Assembly: GCA_904063045.1 (NCBI GenBank)
Contig: CAJFCJ010000002.1
Coordinates: 3,219,891 to 3,283,890, forward strand
Direction: 5' to 3'
Origin: Dimorphilus gyrociliatus
Lineage: Eukaryota; Animalia; Annelida
Length of the DNA: 64,000 nucleotides
Part shown: positions 38,462 to 52,094 of the stretch, one piece after another
Layout: each line of letters starts with the position of its first letter
Position numbering within the stretch: position 1 is the stretch's first letter
Program-made: the position numbers and the translations under genes
Notes under the pieces: generated by a model
What the model was told of the DNA's origin: nothing
Seen by the model: only the letters and a program-made list of their open reading frames with translations
The model's database searches: none

Positions 38462-41400
38462 TTATGTAAACTTTTCCACTTTTGGAACTATCATCGATAT
38501 TCTTCTTCGATCTTCGATTGTTATAGTTTCTTCTATACGAATTTCATTGTCTTTATGCTTTAATTGAACACTATCTGCCAACCATTTTGTTACATAATCT
38601 CTTTCCTTGGATTCATTTAATTTCTTTTTCATTGGTTCAATATCCGGTTTGGATTTTGCGCTGAGCCGTCTTAATCTATTTATGACTTCATTAGATTTGT
38701 TTGCTGATTTTCGTATGAAAATATCAGTAAATCTATTACTACATAGCAGAGCTGATTTGACTGTTTGTCTTTTATAGCTTTCCCATTGGCACTTTTGGAG
38801 GTAACTACTTATAATTGTTCTTTCAGAAGGATACCTAATAAGCAAAATAAACGTATATGCATCTTAACAGACGAAGGAAATTAAAATCTTCACATACGGA
38901 TCATTATCAGCAATCGACTTGACATGATCCACAAGTTGTTCTGACTCATGATTCATCATCTTTTTCCACGTTTCTTTGCGTATTCTGAACATTTTACAAC
39001 CATTACTAACTAGTATTAGACCGCTAGATTTATCTTTGTCCTTCTCAAACAAAGGTTTTATGTCCTGTATAAAAGCATAACTTATAATTGAAGTAATGAA
39101 ATATATTGCTGTTCAATAAACATGGATAAATTTATTATAAATATTTAATAATTTCTCTTTCTTGATTTTAATATGCTTAAAAGTTAAAAGATAAGAATTC
39201 AGACAGAGTTGTAAATATTTTACATTTGCTTATGAATTATTAAAAAAACGTTAAAATTTCTTATCTATATTATACGTTATTAAAAATGAATCAAGTCAAA
39301 GTATACAGTAGTGTGAAGAAAATCAATTCAAGTAAAAAATAACTGTAAAATGGTTTTTAATGTTCGTAAAAGAAACGAACTACACTATCAGTTAATTGAA
39401 CTCTTAGATAATCGATTTCTAATTTTAGTACAGCTCTCTCAAAGTTGATATCTATACTTGTACAGCATATGTGTATATGTATATTATACAACTATATCAC
39501 AAAAATCATAGTCTTATTCAATAAATATATCTACACTTAGAACTTAACGATTATATTAAACTTTTTATACAATTACACCTTTGTTTGTATCCAAAACCAT
39601 TATGCTCTAATGATTTACATGAATATTTTGAACGGAAATGGAATTGAAAAAAATACCAAATTGAACGTTTATATTGTATATACACTTTGTGTTAGGGGAA
39701 AATATCCTAAGGAATAATATTGAATATTGTTTGCACGTTGTTAGTTGCTTTCTCAGAAGTATTGAACGCTCGATACGCCAGGTGTAATAATTTTACCGTG
39801 AGAATTGAAATTAACGGAAAAGTGGGATTTATGTTAACAAAAAACTGACGTATTTCCCCCCTCCTTTCCCCCAGTTTCATGGTACTAATGCTATAAATAA
39901 CATAGAGCTGGCAAAGTGAGGATTTTTTGGGAAAACTTAATAACTAATAATTAATAATTAATAATTTCCCATGTACTCACAAAAGCTTGTTTGCTGTCTA
40001 AATTGCCGATATGCATGAAAACGAATATTCTATCCGGATTGCTTCTCTTTTTCTCTCTCATTAAAGTATTCAATGTAATTATTCCTGATCGATCTTCTTC
40101 CTCAAATTCCTCTTCGCTTTCTTCTTTTATTTCATCTTCCCTAAATCTGAGAACGAGGTTCGATGAGCTTTTGTTTGTATCTTCTTCTTCGTCCAAATCT
40201 CTATATCGAACTTCCATTGCAGCTAATAGTCTTTTCTTTTCAATAGAATCAATCATTCTGTGCTCTTCATTCTCACTAAAGTATTCGTCCCGATCATCAT
40301 CATCCTCAGAGCTAGATATAGTTGAAGTTTTTAAAATTTTCAATTTTCCCTTTAAACCATGATCCTCTCTAACGCTGATTCGTCTATTTCGAACGTCGTG
40401 AACACTAAGACACTTAATTACTTTACACTGCCCCTGAACAAAAATTAACTATAACGTCTTAAATTCAAGAAAGCAAAAAGAATAACCTACAGTCATACAG
40501 ATATAAAACCATTCATCCTTCCAGCTGTCCTTTACCACGACTTTGTTAGTTTTGAACTGTTTAAAAGAAAAATATTATTTAGACTATTATTCATCAGGAA
40601 GCTTGATTGGCAAAATAAAAAGAGTTATTGAAAATTCCGATCTGATTTGCTATTTGACAATCTCTTTTTCACTGATTGAAATTTGTTTGTAATCGTCAAA
40701 TTTAAAAGTATAAAGAAAGTAAAACATCGACAGATAAAAAGGATAGGATTGCAAAAATATATCATGTCTTTTTTTTTATTTATTGAACGCCATTACTCTA
40801 TTCTAAAGGAAATTAATAAATGACTTAAATTATTAACTTTACGTCCTTGACTGCTTTCTCAGTTTGTATACTAATTCAACATATCTTTTGCTATAGTTTA
40901 TCAGTATACGTTTCTCTTACCTGTTGTATTTGAGCATCAAAAGCTAAACTACTCAGTTTGTCAGGAGACCAAAACTTGTTTTGGAAGATGTTTATAGACC
41001 TAATAAATGGGATGAAAGATGCAAAATTAAATTTAGAAGTAAAAAACAAAATAGTTAAACAAGATGAAAGTCACTTTAAAAATCGAAGCTTTTCATCCAA
41101 TTCACGTTCGAATATCCGTGGACAAACTTGCGCAAACACTTCCTTATCGACGACAAACATCTCGCAACTCTCTCGGCACGTTACCGTAGCAGTTCGCCGG
41201 ATATCTTTTAAGAGAGCCAATTCCTGTTAGAATAAAATTTTTTAAAAGAACTTCATAAAACATTTCTTCCTCAATAAATCTCTATTTTTATTATTTAAAC
41301 AAATAAAACGAGTTAGTACAGATAACTCAATGATCCTCTTCTGTTAGAGCCCTCTAGAACAGTCTATAATGGTGTTCAATCGGTTGATTGTATCAGAAAA

Positions 41401-43920
41401 TTAATATACGCATATATTATAGAATAGGCTACCTGTGTTAATATACAGTATATAAATTAAGTAAATTTTTCCTTATCGACAAATTAATATACATCTAAGT
41501 ACTATTCTATCAATCTACACCTTGTTAATCTCTTTAAGTAACATTTACCTTTAACAATATCATTAGCAAAGAATGAATAGCTGTTTTTTTTCACTCCAAC
41601 CGTGTTGTTTTAAAACATTTCCGAGTAAAAATTTGCTTCGTTTATACGAAAAAAAAATTAACAAAAGACTATTCAATTACCCTCTTTTCTTTTTCAGGTA
41701 GGTTATTTTTTTTTTAACAAAAAAAGAGCAAAAAAGAAGTTTTGATTGATGGTAAGTAAGTAAAAAAAAAAATCGATAGCAGTTTGTAGTATAAATAAAA
41801 TGCTAAATCGATTCAATCAAGTTTGATGATTCGTGAAGTTGTTTTTATACTTTAAACTATGTTTCGTTGAAAAGTTTCCATTAAAATAATTAAAGAGAGT
41901 ACATCTTAATGTTAGAATAAAAAATGGATTTGTCCTTATTCAACCCAGGCTATTGTAAATAACACTTGAAAGAGAGAGGATAATACCTCCCTGATTCCCT
42001 TATCTATGCGGTTATTCATAGATATTTAAAAAAAATCGAGTCTAATAAAGCAATTCGGTACATTTCAATTGTTATTAGTACTTTAGGAAGAGAGAATTTC
42101 AGAGTTTTAAATTCAATAAATTTGCAACTTACACCGAATGACTCTCCTCTTTTAAGAACAACTTCTGTTTTATAGAATGTTTGCCCTTTTGAGTTTGTTT
42201 CTTCAACGTTTACGAACACTGAACCGGAGAAGATGAAATAAAAGTTTTGCCCTACGTGACCCCTTCTTAAAATTGTTCTCCCACAATCGACACTGTCAAG
42301 ATAAAGATTGAAATTTATTCCTTCTTATCAGGTAAAAATGAGAAAATATTAAGAAAAGCTCTCTTACCTAAAGTATGTGAACGCTTTACACATGGCCAAT
42401 TGGATAGGCTCAGTAAACTTATCGAAACTTTTTAATCCTCTTAATAGTGCGTGTAATTTCTTACAATCATCATCAGCCCGGTCTAATGGACCTTTAGCCA
42501 TAATCCTCTTTGCCCAGCTGGGTACGGAAGTTTTTATTTGCGCTCGTGAGAAAAGACTAGCGTCAAATCTTCCATAATTTAAATCTCGCTTTCTCCTATG
42601 AAGTTCATTCCATTGCATTTCAACAGCGCTTCTTATACTTTTCGATTCACTTATTATTATCATTGATTTGAGTAATCGATGTATCTAAATAATACAAGTA
42701 TCTTTTATCCTTAAAGGAAAATTTAAAAAGAAGTAATCGTCAAGTTCTCTCTTCATTCAATTCTTTACGATTTGACTATTAATCTATTTCTATTACTAAG
42801 CAATACAAGAAGAAAAACAGAGCGAAGTGGTGGAGAAAAAGAGCTACAAAGAAAGTCTTTCAATTAGTTCAAGAGACATAAAGAATTGTTATAATTATCC
42901 TTTTCTTTTCAATTATCCCTCAATAAAGAGATTTAGTTAATTGCAATATTAATTATATTATATAGTTGGTTGAATTGCCTATTTTACTTGTATTTTACTA
43001 TACTTTCTTTGTGTTTAATTATTATTAATTATCTAGTAATACGAGTTGAAAAATATGAATTTTAATTCGCCCATCTTCAAGAATATATTTAAGTTAATAA
43101 TTAAGTTAATAAAAAGGCTTTGTTCGATTACTAAAAGTTGTATTTCTTAAGAAAATGAATATTTTAATATCTCTTTTTTTTGTAGTTTTACATTTTCGTC
43201 TTCTCTTAGAAAAGAATAGAGAGAAAGGAAGGGAAAACAAAGGGAAAGCGAGAGAGAGAGAGAGAGAGAGAGATAGTTATAAACAAAGAAAAATTTACTA
43301 TTTCAAACACAAGCTATCAGATAAAATAAATAGTAAATATAAAAGAATATTAAGAAAAATATTTCATTATCTCTATTACTGTTTAAAATAAGATACTTTA
43401 CTGATAATCGATGTTTAAATTTATTTTAAAAGCTACCTATTGAAATAATTATAATAATAATACTTAACAAATTAATTTATTAACTTATTTAACAACTCTG
43501 ATTAGTTAAAAGGAATCAGGTTATGTTATACATACAGTATATACTGTATATTTATATTAGTATATTACTGTTTTAACTGTTCAATATAAGTCATTTTTTA
43601 AGGATAAACTTAAAAAAAATAATATCAATGCTATAAAATATAAAACAACAAAGGAATAAGTTATAAAATTCTTTACTTACTAATAATATCTTTCTGACCG
43701 ACATTCTAAATAATTTTGCTAATCTTAGTTTCTCTTCTGAACTGAGAGTTTTAATTTCTTCTACTTTTTTTTCTTCTTTTTCTCCGAATCTTGCAAAGTG
43801 TGGTGCACTTAGACATCTTGACGATCTTTTTGATCTTCGTTTTAATATATCTTTTTTTAGTGTACGTAAGTTTTCCAAATAGAAAGCGCTATGTGGTCTT
43901 ACTGTATATGTTTTTATCAT
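38462..43920 (-). CDS. Cyclic nucleotide-binding domain-containing protein (CNBD1/CNBD2-like)
   Basis: About nine in-frame exons starting at 43920-43681. LRGLKSFDKF, GHVGQNFYFIFSGSV and phosphate-binding cassette GESFGELALLKDIRRTATV; a second degenerate cNMP-like region carries an acidic insert. Confidence 0.82.
43250..43273. repeat. (GA)n microsatellite in CNBD intron 1
   Basis: Direct reading. Confidence 0.9.
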
Positions 43921-46900
43921 TCTTAGCGGACGTCGAAAGTTCGAATGGTGTTATAGGCGCCGCTTATCGGCGTAATTCTTATCGACCGAACAGGCTTATC
44001 GAACGCTTTCTACAGAATAAGGAGGAAAGAAAAAAAAAGTATATACTGTATATAGTATTTACTTATATACTAATATATATACTTCTTAAGGGGGCAGTAG
44101 AAAGTACAAGATAGATTAAGAAAACCTAATCTCTTTATACTGAATGAATTGCTACAAAAAATTAATTGTAAACATTAACGAAGCATTCCTAATTGACGCT
44201 TTTTTGTTTATTTTTTTCAGAATGACTTGATAGTTTTAGTAGTTTCGTTGTTCCTTTCAAAACTTTGAAAGCTCTTTTTGCATTTATACTTTTATTTTGT
44301 TATGCACGAATGAGTTTTATTAGTATTTTCTTTTTTTTTTGACAAATTCTATTAAACAAGCTGACTGTACTTTTTTCTACTTTTTTTTTCTATTCCAAAT
44401 TAACAGAGTCTAGTGAATTGAAAAAACAACAACAGCAACAACAGCAAAATCTAAAAAAAATCGATAAAACATGATTTTATGCTTTTATTTACAATTTAAA
44501 TTATATATACTGCAAAACGGTTATCAAAAAGTAATTAAATCTGATTTCCTATGTCTTCAAACATATCTTTCATATATAAAAATGTACATTTGTTGTCATA
44601 ATAATTATTTCTTATCTTTGAACACATGTTAAGATTAGGATAATCAAAGATGGTTCAAAGATACCATGTAAATTTCTATATATACATATAAACTTTTGAT
44701 ATATTGCTTTTTTTATAACTAACAAAGAGAGTTTTTATTATTTTAAATAGAGTAAATAGAATACTTGCACTAGTTAGAATCTATAAAGTATATCATTTTT
44801 TTCACCTAGTGTTTATGGACATTTTACAATTGTTTTAACTATTTATTTAATATTATTTTCTATTTATTTTTAGTTAAATAATTCTAAAGAGATGTCTTAA
44901 AGTAAATAGTTGTTATTGTTAATGATTAAACAATCGATGGTAATTAACGATTATAATAAAAATTAACTTTTTACATTATTTAATTAAAATCATTTTAAGA
45001 AGAAAGGTTAGGTTCAATAATTAAAAGTTGAATGTTCAATATGGGACTGAGGTAAGATAATTATAGTCTTTTTTTTATTTTTTTACTTTTTCAAGGTTAT
45101 TATTATCCATCAATCTGTGGTAATTTATGATATCATTAACAAATCTCTTTTTCAAAATCAAAATTATCTCTATAAAAAATGTTGATGAAAGTTAGAAATT
45201 ACAAGTATACGAAGCTATTTATAAACATTATCACAACTTTTTACTAATTTTATATTCTAGATAGTTTGTTTGTCTTTAAAAGAAAATATTCAAAGTGTTT
45301 TATTCAATTTTAACAAGACTATATAGAAGGGAATCTATTACTTATTATTTACCATGTTTTCGCCTGTTGCTAAGATAATGTTTATAATTTTCTTTAAGAT
45401 TACAAAAGGAAGCTCATGATTCACTTGATTTGGTATAACAAGTTTAATTATCAACAAATCTTCTTATTTTTCCAATAAGTAAATAATAATGATGATAAGT
45501 ATTTATCAACAGCCAAATAAAATAATATTTTATAGTTAAAACAAAATATAACTAGATCTTGTCAAATATTTGTTATTGGTCAAGCTCATATACAGTATAC
45601 TATTTATACTTGGGATTATTTAAAGGATAGATATTCGGTAAGATCTTTCCAACATATTTAGTGGTTTTCTAATTATTTTAATAAAATTTAATAACAATTT
45701 TAAGAAGGATAATAGGATTTATTAAGATTGACAATATCAGAGATTATCTTTAAAATCAACATCTATTTTATATTGAAATTCGTTGTAAAATCAAAAATAT
45801 AGCGATAGAGAATATTAATAGACGAGATCTGATAATTTATCACCACTTGAATCGCTGAAAGAAGCACTTTGACAAATTATAATATATAAGCCCAATAAGA
45901 AATGAGGAAGAATAATTTCTGAGTAGAGATATATCTGTACAAAATACAAAGGAATATTTGTAAAGCATCCCTATCTTTTGTATAGAAAGCGAAGAGAATT
46001 AATTTCTTACCTTATAAACTAAATATTGTTTGCTGGAGAAAAAATTAAGAAAACATTAAATTATGATTATTACATATGATACAATTGATTGACAGAAAAG
46101 AACTATATACTGTGCATAAGAAGATAAGAATCACTTTCAGTATATCACTGAAAAAAAGCTATTATTAAATAACAAGAAGAGACTAAAATTTTAAGTAAGA
46201 TTGACTTATATACGATGGAATTATTAAGAGTAGCAGGGTTACTTATTATAATATAGACACTGTATATACTAATAATATATATATATATATATACTCAAGA
46301 GTCATAGTTAACAGAAAGAAAATGAAAATTCTGATAAGAGAATATTTGAAATCGTTAAAGAGCTTTTTAAATTACTAGATTGATTTTTTCTCTTCTAAAT
46401 ATAACTAATGAATTTGTCTACTTTTAACAAACTACTATTTGTCCTATAATAGTATTATTATACAGTATATTAAACATTCATTATCTTCTCTTAAATGCAG
46501 AAATTATGTCTTCTTAATCGAAAATATAGAAAACTTAATATAATAGCGAAGAAAAACGTATTCTAATTTCTAGCTAATAAATTATAATTCCGAGAATTCA
46601 ATGAAAAAAAGGATTATAAGATAATCCAGTAAAACATGTGATTAGCCACCATCTGTTAAGTTATCAAAACAATTATCAAAGAAAAGTCGATGGATTAACT
46701 GAAAGAATAGAGAAAGCAAATTGAAAAAACAGAAAAGAACAAGATAATACCTTAAATATATGTTAATCCTTTTAATTTGATAGATATTCGTTATTTATCA
46801 TTCAACAATAATTATCCGACATTCTTGACAAGTTAAGAAGATTAATATTTTAAAGAAGAAAAGTTAAAGAAGTAGAAAATTCGGAAATTAATCTATTTTT

Positions 46901-47570
46901 AGAAAATTTCTTCGTTTTTCCATTTAAATGCTTAATTTATAATTTGGGAGGATTGGGGCAAAAAAATCCCCCTCGGTTTCTATTTTTATATATAATGAAT
47001 TACATTTATATTATTCTATTTTGGTACTTTCTCTTCTTTTTAAGAGAAAAGAAACAAACCTTTATTATTTTAAAAGTAATTGCTGTAGAATTTACTTGTT
47101 GATTGCAGTGTAAATTAATAGGCCAATAATAGTAATTAATGATTTTACTAACCCAATTCTTTTCTTTTATAGAAACTAGAGACCGTCTATTTCATTCTTT
47201 CATTAAGGATAATTAATTATATTTTATACCTATGTCTTTTAGTAGGACGTCATCCATTCCATAAGTAGTTTCCTCTCATAATAACGTAGTAACTTACTGT
47301 ACTAGATTTAGTCTAATTCTGACCTAAAACTTTTTTCTAGTACTGGCAGTACAATCAACCTCATGTAATTTGCATTTACGACATTTATGAATCATACAAT
47401 TAGTTAATAAATTGCCATTTTTTTTCATGAAAACTTGCTCAAATATATTCTTAAAAAGTAAATTATATATTCTACTTAAAATATATCATTAAATTTCGTT
47501 TTGTTTCCTAGAAATAGACGATTTAGCCATAACTTATCGTTTTTTCGTCTGCAAAAATAATGGCCTATAG

Positions 47571-47580
47571 ATCACGTGAC
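47571..47580. promoter_or_regulatory. E-box ATCACGTGAC (bHLH-zip class) upstream of the first P450
   Basis: Motif about 200 nt upstream of ATG 47775. An identical 10-mer occurs near 8647 in an intergenic position, so function is uncertain. Confidence 0.25.
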
Positions 47581-47774
47581 ATAACAAATGATAGTATATA
47601 TTGATCAAATAAGAACAGTTCAAGACATAAACACAAGCGAGTTAACATCAAAACAAAATTGGACTATATTTTAACAATTCTGATATAATTTCCAATGTAA
47701 TTATGAGAATTAATTGATGAAAATTATTTAAATGCATGTATTTGATTTGTAACTATTGCAGATTACGAATAAAA

Positions 47775-49460
47775 ATGAGCTCCATAGACTCTTTAGCTGT
47801 AAATTTGATTAGCGAACTGGTCACATATTTCTACCAGCATTATATTTTTGCAACTGTATTGTTCTTAATTACCTATTGGATCTTGGTATGCCTTTTAAAG
47901 CCTAGAAATCTTCCCCCTGGACCCATTAATATCCCTTTTTTCGGTGGCTCATGGATTTTGACATCAAATCCTTATAACGATTTCGAACGCCTATGGAAAA
48001 AGTATGGTAATTTAGTGTCAGTTTACGTTGGAAATAAGTTAGTTTTCAAATTTCTTATCGTTTTACACAATAGTATAGAAATCTCTATTACTTAGATTGA
48101 TGATTTATATATTTTCGAAACGATTGATAAAGGAAGTTTATATATCAAGGGGAGATGATTTTCAGGCAAGAGTTACTGAAGACCTGCCCTTTGAAGATGG
48201 TAAGACTTCACGAATAAAATATATCTGGCAAACTAATACATGTTCTAATTATTAAATAACATTCATAGTTTTATTCCATCAACCATATGGTGAAGCGTGG
48301 AAAAAATCTAAAAAAGTGATTGTTCAATTGCATAAGAAATTTATTATGAACAACATCGAAAATGAAGCTCTGAAATCTTTAGAAGATTTATCCTGGGAAT
48401 TGCAACAAACTCAGTCAAAATTGGTTAATCCAAAAAATCTGTTGAGACAATTTCATACTCAGATAATATTTTCATTATATTTTAATGAAAGAAAACCAAT
48501 AGATGATACTGAATTGAAAGAAGTTGGTAGTCTTATGAGTCAAGTATATACTGCAACAAGCGTTCATTACAATAGCTGGGTACTCTTTGTGCCATTTTCA
48601 TCGCTAATTTTTAGAAGGGCTCTTAACAAACCGAGCGTTGTTGTTTCAAAGTTAAGAAGACATTATGAAGTTCGTTATGAAGAACGACTATCAAGAATTG
48701 AGGGGAAAAATCCATCGGAAGCAAGTGACATCATGGAAGCCCTTATGATTGAACTTGGTGATTTAACAAAAATACAAATAATTGATACAATGATTATACT
48801 CTCAATTGACGCTATTCATTCTCAAACTATTGCCTTGCAAACCTGTTTACTATATTTGGCTTATTATCCAAAGCTTCAAGGAGAAATTCATGATTTATTA
48901 GATAAATCTACAGATAATCAACCTCCAAACCTTACCCATCGTCAAGACTTAGTTTTGATTGACGCACTATATTTGGAAACTCTTAGAACAGACGACATTT
49001 TAAGCGAAAGTTCTAGTCATCGACCTATTAAAGATACAACACTAGAAGGTTACAATATACCTAAAAATGCTATTTTAGTACCAGTTTCTTCCAGCATTCA
49101 TTTTGACGATGGAATTTATCCGAATAGCGAGAAATTTGATCCAAAAAGATTTATTAAAGATGGTAAATTGTCTTTTAAGAGAGATGAATATTTATCATTC
49201 GGAATAGGTTAATATTTATTTATTTATCAATAGTATTTTCATTAAATAATTACTTTTAAATATATTTTTCAGGTCCTAGATCGTGTACCGGTGAACAATT
49301 TTCAAGAACAGTAGTATTTCTAACTATTGCAAGATTACTACATCAATTTCGAATAAGTTTATCAATGAAAGATTATTTTAATGAAAAGCAATTGAAAACG
49401 ACAGAATATTTTGATAATTCTCTCTTAGATGTTAGTCTAGTTTTCAGTCCGAGGAGATAG
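47775..49460 (+). CDS. Cytochrome P450, clan-2-like, atypical I-helix (copy 1)
   Basis: Exons 47775-48037, 48096-48199, 48269-49207, 49273-49460. N-terminal anchor, PPGP hinge, W..S.K C-helix, ETLR, FDPKRF and heme motif FGIGPRSCTG. Confidence 0.9.
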
Positions 49461-52094
49461 AATATGAAAACAAACACTTGAAAACTATATTCTACATTAT
49501 GTTTTCCCTTTGAATATACTGTATTTTTGTTTGTTACTTTTTGTATAGTAATCATGATATTTATGATTTGTGGATGAAAATGGGTATTAACATAAACAAT
49601 ACTATTTGTACATCTGCATTTTTGTAGTGAGACTAACCATGATGGCATATTTAGTTTTTCTTTAAATTCTGTACTGAATAAAACCCGACTATTCCAATCG
49701 TATATTGTAACTATACTTTGTATAGAAAAAAAAGGCAATTACCTTTCGCTCTGTTTATAATTGAATTATTCTCCATTGAATATTTATTCATTTACTGTAA
49801 TTGTGAATTTCTTCCTTTCTTTATCTTTTTCCACTTTTGTATTAAATTTAATAAAATTAACAAGACATTTAAATTACTAATTCTTTTTCCTATAAATTTA
49901 AGAAATTGGAAATTCTTATTTTTACTAGTCTTGTTATAAGCGTAGAAAACTGATTATCGATAACTGTGGTAGCATTAAATTTTCTCTAGCTTGATTTAAC
50001 AAGTCTTAATATATTCTCCATTCTCTAAATAAATGAAATTTACTCCGTTTCTACCCTCAGGTTAAGGAGCCAACTCCGGTGTTAACTTTAAGATTAGGTA
50101 ACCGTCCCACTTCTAGGACATGTTTCCAACTGTACACATAAAACTTTGCATCGGCTAATACTTTCCTACTGTCTCTCTAGTTGCAATTATTTTTTATCAA
50201 ACTTTGTCAGCCCTTCAATTTACAAATTGATTGTTTTGTTGACTAGAATAGTTGAAGTCCTTCCAGCTTAATCAGTGAAGCTTAATTTTGTCTAGGCAAT
50301 TTTCCAAATAGCGTTTACTATTCTCTATTAAATATTGAATAGAAAATTAGCCAACGTTTGCTGATGTAATTTTTCTGAAAAATAATTCGTTAACTAAAAA
50401 GAGAAATGCTTAATTCCGTTGAAAGTTTATAAAATATTCATTTGAAATTCTAAAAAGTTGCTTTATTATGAATAAAACTAATCGTTTGGAACAGAATTTC
50501 AACATATTAATTTATGAAATTCTGCTGTCAGAAAACATTAGAATTTATTTATTAAATGTTATTTGAAATTGATGGAATAGGATACACACAAAGAAGATAG
50601 AGAAACAAAATAAACGGAGAAATTGTAAAATAAAAAGCGAAATGTAAGAGATAACAAAATTAATAAGATAGAAAATATCTATCAACTTTTGCTTCTAATC
50701 AAATGAAAGCTTAACAATCATCTGATGAGGAGAAGCAATTTAACAGAAACCTTTTTCTTTGCTTTCCTCTTCTTTCTTCAGCATGTCATAGAACAGGGAA
50801 GATTACTACTTTTGCGTAATATACATGTGTGCCAATTTTTATAGACTAGGAGATGATAAAAGAGAATGTAATGATTGACATAAAACTCTCTGGTATCATG
50901 CAGACTAATCTAAACTAATTAGATCAAGTAATAGGCTACCTAAATCATGTCACTTAAATTTTCCCTACATGGTATCTTTTTATAATAAATTCATCATATT
51001 TTTCATTCTAGATATCTCAATGTCAATTTAAACCAACTATTAATCGTAAAAACCGTGTTTTTTTCTTTAGCAGGACAACTTATCTAGGAGTATGTTTTTT
51101 TTCGCCCTTTAAACGAGCAACTTCGTCTCATTCGCCTTTCAGACTTCCTTTCTAACAAAAATCATAATTAATTTTCTCAATATTGTCAAAGCGTTCGTTA
51201 AAATTTCCTTATTTAATATGTTATGTCCTTTTTTTTATAAAAAAACAATGCGAAACGTAAGGAACAGGAAATTATGTCAACATTTAAGTAGATTTGTAGA
51301 AGTAAATTGAATGTATAATCTTATATTGTAGCTAGTTTTAGGGTACAAAAATTATTATGCTACTTAGACTGGCTACCAGATAAAAATGCACTAAAGTCTG
51401 TAGATTTTGGTATTGATGCTCTCTGAAATCATATAATATGTCTCCCCCCTGCAGGTATCTTCGTATTTGAATAGAGAGATGACCTCACTATAAACGAATG
51501 CACATCGATATTAAAGAGAGATTGATAAGAAAAATAGACGATTTAAGAAAATTTACATAAACCGCTTAAAGGTAATCTTTAAATAAAAACATTTTTAAAG
51601 TTCGGTAAGGATAACAGCGACATAATTAATAAGAATAGTATACATTAAGGAGATGATCGCCTCAATATTATGGATTTATGGTAGGAAAAACCGTCCCCAT
51701 ATTCAAATTAGTACTTGCATATGTAAATTTTATCGACATTACCAAAAGAAAAATATAAAACAATTGGAAAGTCAGATTAAAATAAATTTGCATTAAGTAA
51801 GCAAAAGTGAAAAACGAAATTACCATTAAAAGGGCTGTTCTTTCGATAAATTATTCTACTAACCGACCCTAGTAGCGTGATATTAATACGTATACGTCTT
51901 AGATTTCAATAAGAGAATTAATTGAACTCCGTTAGAAAACGTTACTATTTTTTCATTTTATTTAATTCTTTACTTAATATCTAGTTAGTTATGTGATTTC
52001 TATAATTTAAATATTTTATTGATAAATGTCTAAATGTAATAAATTAGATTCTAACTGAAAACAAAAGACATTTTTCCCATTATTTATTTCATAG

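Noticed and set aside
39991-44114. Plus-strand ORFs at 39991, 40958, 42377, 43155 and 43791
   Set aside because: Antisense shadows of CNBD exons, or microsatellite-driven (43155).
49373-49939. ORFs 49373-49738 (-) and 49718-49939 (+)
   Set aside because: Overlap the P450 last exon and 3' UTR; non-ATG starts; no motifs.
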